From contig NC_087436.1 of the NCBI RefSeq assembly GCF_036321535.1, positions 19,594,001-19,658,000 on the forward strand: a stretch of DNA of 64,000 nt. The letters run 5' to 3'. Below the pieces are notes generated by a model that saw only the letters and a list, made by a program, of their open reading frames with translations, was not told the origin of the DNA and ran no database searches. The position numbers and the translations under genes are program-made. Below, piece by piece: positions 47,236 to 62,399 of the stretch (its first letter is position 1; every line of letters begins with the position of its first letter). This DNA comes from Camelus dromedarius (taxonomy: Eukaryota).

Positions 47236-48912
47236 CAGTTTGTTTATGCAGGAGAATAGCCTCTTGGACAGGAAAGATCCAGAAGGTGTTGTATGTGTGG
47301 TGCACCTGGCTCTGAGGTGACGTGGCCAGCTGGGAGCTCTCCGCTGGCGAGATCCTTCTTTCACATCTTGGGTAGGGCATCTCTGGGGAGGGCTGTGTAG
47401 GGAGGAGAGGCACCTGTGGCCCCCACTGGGGTATAGCACACGTGTTTCTTTCCATGGCACTCCTAGAACACCCTCATTTCTGAACATCCAGTTATCTCCA
47501 GGAGCCTGGTAAGGCACTTGACTAAAGCAAGGGGACAGATCTGTCTACCCCAGGATTAGGGAGAAGAGAGTCTTAGAATTGATACCCAGTGAGCTTTCAG
47601 GGGCTGGGAAAAAAACAGCAGCTCTTTTCTGCACAACCGAGCTTTTTTAAAAAAATATTTTTGTTGTTGAATTGAGATGTCATGACTGCCCCTCTCTCTT
47701 TGGCAAGCTACCGAATTATTCCTGCTGAAGTTATTGTGAGAGTTAAGTGTGAACATATACGGACAGTTCTCAGCACAGCCCCTCTGTGGTTTAGGTGCTC
47801 AATACATAAATGCCCTTTCTGAATTTATAGTGGTTTTTGTTTCCACGTTAAAGTGGATCTTGACTCTATAATACGTTTACCTCTGAAAAGGCAGCTAATT
47901 CTGATGTGTTATATTAGGTGAGCCTATTCAAGCGTTATCTTCAAACCCGTTGTTTGGACCTCAGGCAGGATCTATGGGACTTTCCCTAAATCAAAGTGAT
48001 CATCATAAAGTCATAAGAGGAGGCAGACAGTCTTCATCCATGATGCTTTTTTTAGCTGAGTAAAGGCTCTTTTTAAAACTATGCTGGCATCATCATTTTT
48101 TTCAACCTGACCTTCGGCAAAAGGCAAGATGTTTGCCTGCTGTTGGGGTCCATTAGCCTCTCATCCACTGTAAGTGGACGGGAGGTCTCAGATCCATTTA
48201 CACCTGGTGAAGAGGCTTGCTTACCCCACTTGGTGTTTATAGCTTCGTGCTGTGCGTCTGTTTCCCCACAGACGTGGGGCCATCGGGGTCTCTAAAACCC
48301 TCCTGGCTTCCGATCAATTTCCACGGCAGATTCGCCAGGCTTCTGAGTTTTCCAAGAAAACTGAACACCCTTGCACTCACCCCGTGGACTAAATCAGAGC
48401 CCGCTTTGAACTCTGGAAAACAAAATTTCTTTTGGGGTTGGCTTGGAGAGGCAAAGGGAGGGCTGTAGTTCTTTTTCGTTTGTTTGCTTTTTGCAAGAGA
48501 CACAACCCCAACGTTACTTTTTCTTTTCCCCCAAAGAGTTCGAGGCGATGAGGCTGACACGCTGAGGTGGGACAGAAGTTCTATTTCTGCAGGTTCCTTA
48601 AGGCAACAAAGGAAGCTTAGCGGCCATGGGAGTCTGCTTAATGAGCAGGTTATACAATATTCATCGTGTTGAGATTAACTCTTCAAACAGAAGGTCTAAT
48701 TGCGAAACGAAATAAAAGCAGCTAAACTGCAGATGTTAAGACAACAAAGCTCGGAAGAACTCCCTCTGTTGATAAAGCTGCCCTTTTGCTGCTTCCTTTA
48801 CTAACTGCCACAGTGAATCTCTGTCCTCAGCAGCTTTTCCCTTTAGCTCTGTTCTAGCTGAGATGCTACGGGGTCTAAGGGGGACACTGAGAGGCCTGGC
48901 ACCACCCTCTTC

Positions 48913-49512
<600 letters not shown>

Positions 49513-50323
49513 CTAGAAAAGCAAAGGCAAAAAGAGAAATCAAAGGAGCTGGTCTGCCCCCAAGCAGCCACTGAACTTTGCAACTCACCTGAGTTCCTTA
49601 AAGAATCCCGGGCAGCGGCTGAAAGCCCAGCCTCAAGCTTGCTCTTTTAAAGACTCAAAGTAAAACACTCAAGCAGATAAATATGTGCTTGTTATTGATG
49701 GGGACGGGGAGGCTAATGGAAACCCCACAGAGAGAGCACGGGGCCAGTTACAGGAATAAACTTAGGGTCCTTTAAGGGGCTTCCAGACAAATATGGGTGA
49801 CTGTCGTCTCCAATGGCTGAAAGCTTTGAGTGTGGCTTTTTATGCTAGGACCCATGCAAGAGGGACCATTTAATCTTTCTGTAGGTTCCAATAAATTTGA
49901 GTAAGGATATTACACCATGTTTTATTTTGTGTTCCTTTTAAGACTTCAAAGGAAGAGTAAATCACTGGGCATGTACATTTTATATTGCCCATTGATCTAA
50001 CCTCTGGGACCATATATGGTATTTTGAGGCCAATGTTGTTATGAAAGAGAGGGTTTGGGAGGAGGAGAGAGGAATTATTAACCAAAGCTAAGTGGGAAAA
50101 CAAATCACTAAAACCATCAATTTCTATAATTACCGATAACTTCAGAGACACTGCATATAATGGAAGGCTGGTATTGATTGGGAAAAGATGCTGTGTATTT
50201 ACCATACCCTTGCCTCCTTCGCTCTGATTTTGGCTACTAGTCTAATAGCTCTGATTTCCCAGCCTAGAACTTCCCACTCTGAGGTCAAAAACACCAAACT
50301 GTCTGTGCACGCACAACCGTCAC

Positions 50324-50387
50324 CTGTTCCCCTCCATCCGTGGGCAGGCAAGTTTCCAATGAATCAAAGCTTGGGTCATTCTGAGGC
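50324..50387 (-). CDS. REELD1: REELD1 coding exon 5 (64 nt): (R)PQNDPSFDSLETCLPTDGGEQ
   Basis: Acceptor ttccttccctttag, donor CAG|GTGACG. Phase 2 in and phase 0 out joins the neighbouring exons in frame. Confidence 0.9.
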
Positions 50388-50790
50388 CTAAAGGGAAGGA
50401 AAAAGGGGCTGAGAAGGCATCTCTAAGTATTTGGATCAAAAAGAAACCTTTCCCACCGCTGCTTGGGTATACTGACACAATCATATTCCTTGGAAACACT
50501 CCTGAGTTTGTAACTGGGGGCTGGAGAGGGAACGGGGGGAGCGAGGTGAGTGAGGATGGCAAACTCCCTGAATGCTTTTGTTTATTTGTATAAAATGTAT
50601 ATTTATAGGTTATAAATGTATCCATCTAAGAATAGAGCCTGTATTTAGATTTTATTTTATTTATAGCAGCACCTCAGAGACCAACCCTCTATTTAAGAGT
50701 CCAGTTTCCCCAGATGATTTACATACCCCAACCTCTGACCAGTGGCCCTTCTGCAATCAGTGTTTCTCACGCACTTAAGAATAAATATTA

Positions 50791-50915
50791 GGGAGGAGGC
50801 TATAGCTCAGTGGTAGAGCGTGTGCATAGCATGCATGAGGTCCTAGGTTCAATCCCTAGTACCTCCATTAAAATCAATCAATCAATCAATCTAATTACCC
50901 ACTCCCCCCCAAAAT
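50791..50915 (+). mobile_element. tRNA-derived camelid SINE (Vic-1-like) in a REELD1 intron
   Basis: Same head with an (AATC)n variant tail. Flanking AATAAATAT at 50780-50788 and 50916-50924 looks like a TSD. Confidence 0.9.
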
Positions 50916-51032
50916 AATAAATATGGTTGAGATCTTTTTCGGTCCAACTTCAAGAAGGTTCCATTCCCTCAGCACCCTAGTGTTTGGCCTCATTCCAGCA
51001 CCTGCCCTGACTGGCCCACCCCCTGGCCATTA

Positions 51033-51437
<405 letters not shown>

Positions 51438-51578
51438 TTAAAGACTTTAATGCACGTGAGGACAGACCATTAAGTGTGAGCCCCTCACAAATGTCACCAT
51501 AGGGATGACCTTCCCAGTAATAGAAGCCCCTGACCAAGCAGCAAAGCACCCCATTTCTTTTGTCTTTTTAAAGAGTAA

Positions 51579-52060
51579 GGGGGGAGGGATAAATTAGGAG
51601 TTTGCAATTAACAGATACACACTACTCTATATAAAATAGATAAACAATACGGTCCTACTGTGTAGCTACTGTACAGGGAACTATATGTAATGTCTTCTAA
51701 TAACTTACAATGGAAAAGAATCTGAAAAAGAATATATATATGTATAGACTAGATAAACAAGATCATACTGTATAGCACAGGGAAACATATACAAGACCTT
51801 GTGGTAGCTCACGGCGAAAAAAATGTGACAATGAATATATGTATGTTCATCTATAACTGAAAAATTGTGCTCTACACTGGAATTTGGCACAACATTATAA
51901 AATGACTATAACTCAATAAAAAATGTGAAAAAAGAATATATATATGTATATGTGTAACTCAACCACTTTGCTGTACACCTGAAACTAACACAACATTGTA
52001 AATCAACGAGATTTCAAAAAAATTAATTTTTTTAAGAAAAACAAACAAATAAATAAAGAA
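51579..52060 (+). mobile_element. Older L1 3'UTR with a younger L1 3' end nested inside it (51747-51928)
   Basis: The outer element runs GGGAGGGATAAATTAGGAGTTTG...GAAACTAACACAACATTGTAAATCAAC. The inner segment resembles the 3' end of the 31075-34933 L1 and is flanked by a 22-bp duplication. Confidence 0.85.
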
Positions 52061-54139
52061 TACACTCTTGGCCCTCTGGGGCTTGTGCATCCTTAACAGT
52101 CACCCATCAGAGAATCCAGAAACCACTGTGACCCGTCTAGTTTTTCTCACCTCTGCCTAAAACTGCTTCTTGCTGGGGAAAAAAAAAAGGTGGAATCCCA
52201 GAGATCACAGATTTTTGAAAGCCCTAGACCTTTCTTGTTGTATTAGTAATGCTAAACGTTTCCCCAGCTATGATGAGGACCTGAGCCTCTGCTCGGGGCG
52301 GAGGTGGGATCCCTGCCCTCCACTGCCTCCTTTCCGGTCTGTGATGGGCTCACATGATGGCCCGGAACATTGGAAATAACTTCACCCAGGGCTGCAGACA
52401 AACCAGTCGTGATCTGAGTTCAACGTTTCGCTCTGCTAATTTCTGATTTGGGGCAAGTCCTCCAGAGCATCAGTTTCTTCTTTTGCAAATGTCAGCAGTA
52501 ATGGTACCTCCAGTACAGGACTGTTGAGGAGGTAAAGTGAAATCAGCGATGTAGACGCATGAAGGGCTGCACCCGGTACAGACGCATCCCACACTGAGGG
52601 TTTCCCTCGATGATGATTAGAGTGACCACGATGCTGTTCACCAAAAAAATGCTGGCAGAAGTTTCTATGCCCAGGGGTCCAACTGGGTTGGATTGAATTC
52701 TCTCTCTCTCTCTCTTTTTTTTTTTTTGGTGACACTTTGCTCTAATGTCTTCATTTCTCAAAAATAGCGAGACTGGAGTGAAAAACGAAGAAGGCTTACA
52801 CAGACACATAGAATTTAGCACAAATTCTGGCAGTTTTAACTCCTGCCTGAACTCCAAATGCACGTGGACACTTTCCCACACAGCCGGTGTGTGCTGAGCA
52901 TCGTTACTGGTGCTGGAGATGCAGAAGTGATGCGGACTGGTAATTGTTGTTTCTGAATTTAAAATCTAGGAGAACAGACTCTTCGATGTGCAACCTTATA
53001 AATCACAGCGTGATGAGAGCTTTAATCCAAAGCTAAAGAAAGCAATTACATTTGCCTACCAAGAAGTAAGGGGGAAAGTTTCACAAGGGAGATATTTGAA
53101 CTGACCTTTTAAAGATAAATAGTTCATCATGAGCAACAGTTCAGTTTAAGGAAATGCCACAAAGCAAAACATGGAGTTACAAAAGTAGGTCATGCCTAGT
53201 GGAATCAGCATGACCTCAAAGTGTCCCCGAGGTCTGCTGGAAAGAAGGTTGAGAAACACAATATACTATATTCCCAGTGGGAAAGTTTATAATTCACATT
53301 TGCCTACTGAAGTCTTCTTACAGTTAAGAAATCTATTTTACTTTGTCAGATGACACCTCCTCCAACGTGCCTGTGCGTGCATCACACACATGGACTCGCT
53401 TTCCTTTGGGAAACAATGGGGCTTGGGTGGAGGAATGGGCCGGAAAGCAGGCAGGAGCAGAGGGGAGGAATGTGAGCGGCATAATACAGACTCTACCCCG
53501 TGGCTGCTGAGATTAGGGTTGGCCACCCCCTGGGGGACAAGGTGCCCAGGGTCAGCCATCAGAGAGGCTACAGGACCAACAGCACATATCTTTCTGAAGC
53601 CTCCCTTCTATTCATATTCACACTGAAACATGACAGGGATGAGAACGCAACATCTGAGCGATGTGTTACCCGGAGCACAAGATTTCAAACACATGTTGTG
53701 TATGCGGGGTCTTCTTCAGGCCGCACTCTTAGACCCTGAGACCTTCTCTCTGGTTTTAGGAGCATCTTGGTGGAAAGGTTGGAGGAGCAGTGCTGGCCAA
53801 GGGGAAAAAGACAAAGGTTTGGGTCACAGGCAGGGATGGGAGGTGGCCCAGAGTTGGCTCTGGGACTGTGTCTGCTAGACTAGCATAGTCAGGGATTCAG
53901 ATCGGATCCCAGTCTTAACACGTTAGGCAGGAATAAAGGAAAGAATAAAGGAAAGTGGGATCTAACAGATTAAAGGTTGGATCTTCTGTGCAGGTGATTG
54001 GATGCCTTTACAAATGCATCCGCGGGGAGCACTTAACCAGAAATAAATAATGCAAACGAGTTCTATTTCACCAGGAGTTTTCAGGTAGGTCAAACATTCT
54101 CTAGCCAGTTAGGTATTTTTTTCCCCCATTGTCTATCTT

Positions 54140-54264
54140 TGTTTATTTGTTTGTTTAGAGGGGGAGGTAATTAGGTTTATTTATTTTTAATGGAGGTACT
54201 GGAGATTGAACCCAGGACCTCATGCATGCTAAGCACACACTCTATCACTGAGTTATACCCTCCC
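54140..54264 (-). mobile_element. tRNA-derived camelid SINE (Vic-1-like)
   Basis: GGAGGTAATTAGGTTTATTT...GGAGGTACTGGAGATTGAACCCAGGACCTC...GAGTTATACCCTCCC. Confidence 0.88.
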
Positions 54265-54813
54265 ACTTATTTTTGTTTCTTTGTTTTTTCAGAAGTACCT
54301 GGGCCAATGGAGTCTGAAGTCCTGTGACGAGCCAGGAAAAAGATCCATTGCCCTCAACACAGCCTCTCATTCCTGGTTCTGTTCTCCAACCCAAGCTGCA
54401 AAGAGCCATCTACCTACCTTGAAAAGTAACAATAAAAACTGGATGAGCTTTTATTAAAAAAAAAAAAAAAAAAAAAGGCTAGATTCTTTCTTTCTCATGC
54501 TCCTTGGGTAGCCTCGGGGGCCTGGGGAAAAGAGCTGAAATATTGCAGTGACTGGTAAGCAGGGGAAGGTATGTGCTGTTTTCCAGTTCTGCAGCTCAGT
54601 TCCAACGCTCCACCCCAGGACCCAGCTTAATCTGTGAGGTTGAACTGGACAAAGTGTATTTGCTGCAGCAAACCCAGCACTTGCAAGCATCCCGCCAGCC
54701 CCACCCACAGCTGTGTGATCACATTCCCAGGAACTGTTGCAGTCAGCCAAGGCCAGTATTCCTTGTGTCCCAGGAGCTGGAAACTGATAGTAGTCACTCC
54801 TAAGTGAAAATCA

Positions 54814-55086
<273 letters not shown>

Positions 55087-55304
55087 TCACACCTTGGACC
55101 ATCCTTATAGAAAGGAGAGAACAAACAAGAAAAGAACACAAGTTTACCTGGAGAGAAGAACTTAGAGAGATGATTGTGTTACCCCTTGGGTGACTTCATT
55201 CTTTTTAATAACAAAAACTCAAGAGCAGCCAATAATTAAAAGAGGAGATGATAGGTACAAATCAAGACCCCTCCTGAATACATACAGTCATTAAGAACCT
55301 CACT

Positions 55305-55383
55305 GGGTTGGGGGTAGAGCACAAGCTTAGCATGCACGAGGTCTGGGGTTCAATCCCCAGGACCTCCAAAAAAAAAGAAAAAA
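55305..55383 (+). mobile_element. Shortened tRNA-derived camelid SINE
   Basis: GGTAGAGCACAAGCTTAGCATGCACGAGGTCTGGGGTTCAATCCCCAGG plus A-tail. Flanks AAGAACCTCA and AAGAATCTCA are TSD-like. Confidence 0.82.
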
Positions 55384-56899
55384 GAATCTCATTTGGACTA
55401 AAAGGTGTCTTCTAGAACTGCGTTGACTCAAAAGGTTTCATTTTCAACTTTCTTTACCGTGACATCAACTGAATTACTCCGTTAATTGAGAATTTTGTAA
55501 TTCTGTTGTACAATTGTCTAACCCCATTGGAATTGTAAATTCAATTGAAAATGAGAGATAAATCACTAACATTCTAAATAACATTTTGAATACATAATGC
55601 CTTTCTTCAGGGAAAAGTCATTTGCACCAACATTATCTCATTTATCCTCCCCAAAATTTCACCAAGGTAGGGATTATTGACAAGTACCATTTTTCTCACT
55701 TTAAGTATTCAGAAGGCAATTATGAAAATGTGATTAATTTAGCTGAGGTCACCCAGAGAATTAAGGTGCAAGCAAAAGTCATGGTTCGTCTATACGTTCT
55801 TAAGGTGGGAAACAGTCCCAGGAAGTGAGAGAGCACGGGGGGACTCGGGAGCCACTTCTGATCAGTGACTGGACCCCTTTGCCTGTCAGATGGAGATAAT
55901 AGCTCAGCACAGAGCAGCTGAGATGGTAAATCTAAAAATAGCAATGGAGGTGATTTGGGAAATAAAAGTAATGGTACAGGTTGAAGGACTTCAGACAGGA
56001 CACGTCCCCTGCATTGGCTCTGTACCAAAGGCTGGGCACAAGCTGGGTACACCACCAGTCGAGTGGGTCCTGGCCTTTCTAAGTGGGGTTTTCCCTTTGC
56101 TGTCCTGCCTGCGTTAGGCCACCAGGAAGGGATGGAAAGGGGACCCTGAGAGGCGGGGACCTCATCCCTCATCTCTCACTGCTCCCCAGCACAGAGGGGA
56201 CAACCTAGAAGGGAAGCGTTGGGTCTGGGTGCCTCCCTCCCCTTCGGCACAGCCACCCTCTTCTCTATATGAGGGTGTGGGGAAAAGACAGAGGCCAACA
56301 CACACCCTTTCTTAAAAACCAAACCAAAAAAATTCACTTTCTTGGTAAATGTGAATGTTTGAAAAAGATGACAAAGCCAGTGTCTCATTTTGAGTAACAA
56401 TGACACTTTAATGGCGCGCACGGGTGCCAGGAATTGTTCCAAGCACTCGGCATCTGTTGGGTCTTTCATCCTCACCCAGCCCCACGAGGTGAGTCTGTTG
56501 CCAGCACCCCCATCTGGGGGACAGTAAGCGGGGGCACAGAGATGTCCGTGGAGTGTTCACAGTCTGTCTGCCTCTGTCTCTCCTTCCTGCTCTCCCATCA
56601 GTAGCTCTTTTGTCCCCTAGAGAGAATTTCCCGGAGAGGCTGGCCAAAATTCATCTGTGATTCTCAAGAAGGAGGGGAAATCCCACACTCCTGGAGCACA
56701 GAGAATGGCAGAGAGAGGAATTGGGGGCGGTTCTTTTTTAGTCATCCTTGGAATAGACTCTCTAGCTGGGGCAGCCCCAGGGACCCTGTCCTTGTCATAC
56801 AGAGGGGGTGGCAGGCGAGAAACAAGAAGGAAGGGAGGAGAAGCCCCCTCTCTCCTAAGGGGAAGTTCAGTTACTAAGAACCAGAACTTGACTCTCTTA

Positions 56900-57196
<297 letters not shown>

Positions 57197-57274
57197 TCAA
57201 GACAAAAAGCTTAGGACCAGTGCAGCCCCCAGAAAGTAAACAATTCATTAGGGAAAAAAAAAGGTTGACGTGCT

Positions 57275-57940
57275 ACTTCATACCCCAAATAAATTCCATT
57301 GGGACCAAAGATCTGTAAAAATGAAATATTGAAGAACTAGAAACAGTGGTTTGGCTTGCTTTTGGTTGCTGTTTGTTTTGTTTTAGTTTTTGCTTCAATA
57401 CTGGAGTTAGGGGTGCCTCTCTAAGCAAACCCCAGTAGCCATTAAGGAAAAGATAATTTCTTAAAATTCTCAATATAGAAGAAATTTTTAAAAAAAGATA
57501 AATTGAGAAAAGTATTTGTAAGATACAAAACAGATAAATATACAAAGAGTTATGGTGAATCAATAAAAAGATGACCAAATTGAAAATTATCAGTAGACAC
57601 AAACAGAAAAAAAAAACAAGCTCAATCATGATTTTTAAAACAATTTTAAATGACATACTAGTTTGTACCCCTAATATTAACAAATTTCAAAATGTGTCAT
57701 TATAACCAGTATTGCTATGACAACAGAAAAACTAGGGCACTCACTCAGTGATGCGAAAAGTATACCATGAAACTCTTTGAGGGGGTAACTCGAAAATATT
57801 TTCCATATGTAAACTGCAGTTACCTCTGATTAGATGCTACCACATGGATGCACCTAGAAACATTACAGTCAGTAAAATAAGCTAGGCTCAGAGTGACAAA
57901 TAATGTATGAGTCCATTTATTTGAGGTACCCAGAGTAGGC
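57275..57940 (+). mobile_element. Old L1 (L1M-type) fragments
   Basis: A-rich degenerate ORF2 end and 3'UTR: CATACCCCAAATAAATTCC..., ACATGGATGCACCTAGAAACATT...TGTATGAGTCCATTTATTTGAGGTACC. Confidence 0.6.
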
Positions 57941-58107
57941 AAATACAGGTTCACACATCACATGTGTGTGAGAAATAAGACTTTTTCCTGTAGGTCATAT
58001 GATTGATTTAACTGGTTTCCTATTGATGGATATTCGCTTTTTCTAATTTTGCACTATGAACAATTTTGATGGATATCCTTATACAGAGAACTTTTGCTCA
58101 TTGTATG

Positions 58108-58400
58108 GGTCAGGATTCTTTCAGTTGCAAGCATCAGAAAAGCTGATTTACAGAAAGTTAACTAATGAAGACATTTAATTCCCTCTCCTAAGTCTGGAAG
58201 TGGAGTTTCTATCTTTGGTGAAGCCATTCAATGATGTTAAGATCCTAAGATGTTTCCATTTTCCTGCTCCGCCAGCATCAGTGAGTTGGGTTTTCACGCC
58301 TTGGTCACTGGACAGTCTCAGGATGGCTGCCATAGCTATAGGCTTCACACTGGTATCAAAAGTGGAATAAAGGGTCTGTGGGAGAAGGTAACTATACTCA
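58108..58400 (-). mobile_element. MLT1-family LTR fragment
   Basis: GGTCAGGATTCTTTCAGTTGCAAGCATCAGAAA...GATGGCTGCCATAGCT. Confidence 0.55.
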
Positions 58401-58439
58401 CATCTTATAATAAAGACAAAATAATTTTTATTTTTTATT

Positions 58440-58751
58440 TTATTTTTTTAAATTGGGGATTAATTTTTTAAAATTGAAGTCTAGTTGATTTACAATGTTG
58501 TGTTAGTTTCTGGTGTACAGCATAGTGATTCAGTTATAATATATGTATTCCTTTTCATATCTTTTTTCAATATAGGTTATTATAAGATATTGAATATAGT
58601 TCCCCGTGCTATACAGTAGGAACTTGTTGTTTATCTATTTTATATATAGCAGTTTTTATCTGCAAATCCCAAACTCCCAATGTATGCCTCCCCACCTCCT
58701 TTCTCCCCGGTAACCATAAGATTGTTTTCTATATCTGTGAGTCTGTTTCTG
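58440..58751 (-). mobile_element. L1 3'UTR fragment (cetartiodactyl-type)
   Basis: ATTGAAGTCTAGTTGATTTACAATGTTGTGTTAGTTTCTGGTGTACAGC...GGTAACCATAAG...TGTGAGTCTGTTTCTG. Confidence 0.85.
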
Positions 58752-58839
58752 TCAAAACAATTCTTTATAATTATGCAATTTGTGCCCCCTTCTCTTATAA
58801 AGGTTAATATCAATGTAGAAATTAGTTATGTGGTTTTCA

Positions 58840-59262
<423 letters not shown>

Positions 59263-60836
59263 TTAGGAGAACGTTGTGACGTGCTTTTGACTGTGCCTGA
59301 CCTGAATCCCGCACTGCCTTTAAATCTGAAATACCTCTGGGGCCGCCTCTCCTGATCACCAGCACTCAAGGTCAGGATCAAAAAGACAGACCAGACTATA
59401 GGAAGTGTTTCATTTCTAAACACTTACTTTGAACCTCTCTTCCTGTAATTTTCTTATAAGCCTGCTTCTTTTTAAAGAGAGGATATACTAATCACATCAA
59501 AGAAATAAGACCAGAAAATGTTTGTGTCCTGATATGGACTCTTTACCAGCTGTCTGATGTCTAAGGGCAGTGTGAGCTGTAATGCATCATTGCTGACGTG
59601 AGACACCCAGCATCCCAGTGTGGGCAGGCAGCACGGCATACGGTGGCTCGGTTCAGCATCTTATCTCCCTAATTGCGAATTACAGAGTTAAATGCTACAA
59701 ATCTGCCGACTCTCAGTTACTGACAGGGGATTCTTAAATTTGCAATGCTTTGCTATCACCTCGTCCTTTCTCCTGTTGATTGTTTTTCATTATTTTACTG
59801 CTTTTTTCCGGAGAAGGTAAGCAGGGAAAGTTATACCCAAACCCTATACCTTGTTAAATATTCTGGCAACCCCCCACCCCCGCAAAAACCCCAAAACAAA
59901 ACACCTGGTTCAGGAATTAAATAAACAAACAAGTAAATATAAAATGATTGGGTAAATAACATTTACAATGTAAATTTCATTTTTGTTTACACCTCTGTGT
60001 CCATCAACAGAAAGAATTGAAAGTTTCCTGTGTCAAAGAAGTTCACAGATGAAAATAAGGTGAAAGATAGCAAATAAGACAGGTGAAGGCTCCCTGAATC
60101 AATATTCAGGACTACCAGGCATTCTTCTAAAAAAAATAGCTGTGTGTTTTTACAGTCCTAGGCATCCGTATTTTAAAAGCACTGCTAATACTTTGATCTA
60201 AGGAGCAGTGCAAGGCAACATCAGCCCTCCTCTCTAATAAGTTGGTCTTAAAAGGTAAAAATAAATTGTAAAAATTTAGTGAAACTAGCTCTAAAAGCGG
60301 AAGGCTAAGAAGATAATCCAGATGACCGAGTAATCGAGTGTCATCCACTCCCACCCTCTTTCACACACCATCCCACCACCAGCCTTTATATTGACAGACA
60401 CAGAGGGAGAGGCGGCAGGATCTGTAACTCAAATCTCTCAGACTTGTCCTAAAGAGTCCTTCAGAGCATACCGTTCTCTGCTAAGTTTGCTCTCCACAAA
60501 GCAGTAAAAGTAAAAACCTCTACCCAACAGGAGGACATTCCTACAGACTCCCAGACACATTAAAAGACGAGGAACGATGAGCTGTAAAAGCATCTTCTCA
60601 GCTGAGGGGACTCAGGGCCTCCCATTTCCGTTCAGAAGGGCCACACAGACACCACCCCGTGAGCCCACTGGCGGAAGGTGGTCTCCTCTCCCCAAAGGCG
60701 GATCAAACACAGATGCCTAAGGAGGAAGTGGAGTGAGGACCACGTCCCACCAATCAGAGCTGAAGCCATATACACATTTCTTCCTTCCCTTCCTTAGATC
60801 TCAAAGTCTACTTGAACCAGAAAAACACCCACTTAC

Positions 60837-60959
60837 CCAGGAAGAGACTCTCCTCCAGGCTTGACGGAACAGCTTCTCCTCTCAGCGCTGCAAAGACACA
60901 TCCTTTAAACAAATCCTTTCTTCTCCCTTCAGTTTCTCCTCAAATGGGCAGGATGACAG
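60837..60959 (-). other. REELD1: Candidate 5' non-coding exon of REELD1
   Basis: Consensus donor TGG|GTAAGT at 60836-60831. Possible acceptors are CAG at 60962-60960 or at 60890-60888. Confidence 0.4.
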
Positions 60960-61423
60960 CTGTTACCACTAATCCTCAGCAACCCCAGGAACTGTCCCTC
61001 CGAGTCCAAATCCAGTCTTAATCACACTGAGTTCTCTAAGACCACGTCCACATCCTCACACAGTTTCCACGTCAACATTGTTCAAGCCGCTGTGAAGAAC
61101 TGGAAAGAATTGGGACCGGTTTTGCACACGACCGCCGCTGGCATCCTCAGCAGGACACGGATGCCCTCCTCTTGGTCTGCCTTTCAAGGGGTGAATGATC
61201 GCATCGAACAAATCTCAGCATTCTCTGCTTCTGAGTGAACAAAGGCTGGAGAAGGTGTCCCCAGTGAAGTGAGACTGAGGCCATCCATGACCAGAGATGA
61301 ATGCTTGGTACAAAAAAGTACCACCTAGCGCACTCCCTCCCCACCAATAGCGCCGGGGTCTTCGCTCATCCGCATGCGCACAAGGATCGCCCAAGACACC
61401 GGACAACAGTGCAGAGCCTCAGG

Positions 61424-61760
61424 TCAGCGGTTCTCACAGTGGGGTCCCCAGAACACGACATCAGCATCCCCTGGGAACTTGTTAGCAACGCAGATTCCTG
61501 GACCTGACTCCTGACCTACGGCATCAGAAATCTGGCCCATCCGTGGGACTGAGCAGTCTGTGACTCAGGCGATGCTGACGTGAGCGCCACTTGAAGAACG
61601 CTGGTGCAGATTCCCCGGGCTCCTTTCCAGACCTTGTGAAATCAGGTTGTGCAGGAGAGAGTTCTGGAAATCCGTATTTTTGTAACGCACCCAGGAGACA
61701 GGAGACTCCTTCGAGCAGGCAAGCTAGGAAAACACTGAGTTGAAGAATCACCACAAAATC
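61424..61760. mobile_element. MER5A-type fragments (two adjacent)
   Basis: CAGCGGTTCTCACAGTGGGGTCCC...CAGCATCCCCTGGGAACTTGTTAG...GCAGATTCCTGG, followed by a second GCAGATTCCCCGGGC...GAAATCAG. Confidence 0.65.
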
Positions 61761-62034
61761 AGTAAAACCACTAGGGCTCTTGGGGCCCCATCCCACCTGG
61801 GGTTTAGTGATAAAGAGTTGGGCTTCCCAAAGGACACTGGGCTCACTATAAGCGTCACGGATATGGGTGTCTGAACACCGACTTTCATGAGATTAACTGT
61901 GAGAACCCAAAATCTTTGTCAAAGTTACATTTGAACTGCATTTAAAACAGTGAGCAAAATTTCCCCTGACAACCAAGAATGGAGAATATTCCAGAATAAG
62001 AGGAATGCCTTTTACTACACGCCCCTGACTATAG

Positions 62035-62200
62035 TCTCACTGTTCAAAGGATGGTCTGTGGACCAGCAGCACCAGCATCACCCGGGAGCTCATTAGAAAT
62101 GCAGACTCTCAGACCCCCACCTCAGAGCCACTGAGTTGGTTTCTGCATTTTTTCAGGCTCCCTAGATGATCTGTATGCAAGTGAAGGCCCGGAAGCACGG
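62035..62200. mobile_element. MER5A hAT DNA transposon
   Basis: GGTCTGTGGACCAGCAGCACCAGCATCACCCGGGAGCTCATTAGAAATGCAGACTCTCAG. Confidence 0.75.
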
Positions 62201-62399
62201 CTCCAGGGAAGCGACCCAGATCTCAGTCCTTGGGAGAGCCCCTCATACCCTGTGACGCCACCCCTCCCACCATGACTGGTCAGAGGTGGCCACCTTACCC
62301 GAGACCAGCCAAGCACTGGTGGGGCAGCAACCAGCCAGACTGCCTTGGAGAATCGAGACCTTTTGAGAAACAAAGCTCGTCTAAGCCAAAAGGCTAAGA

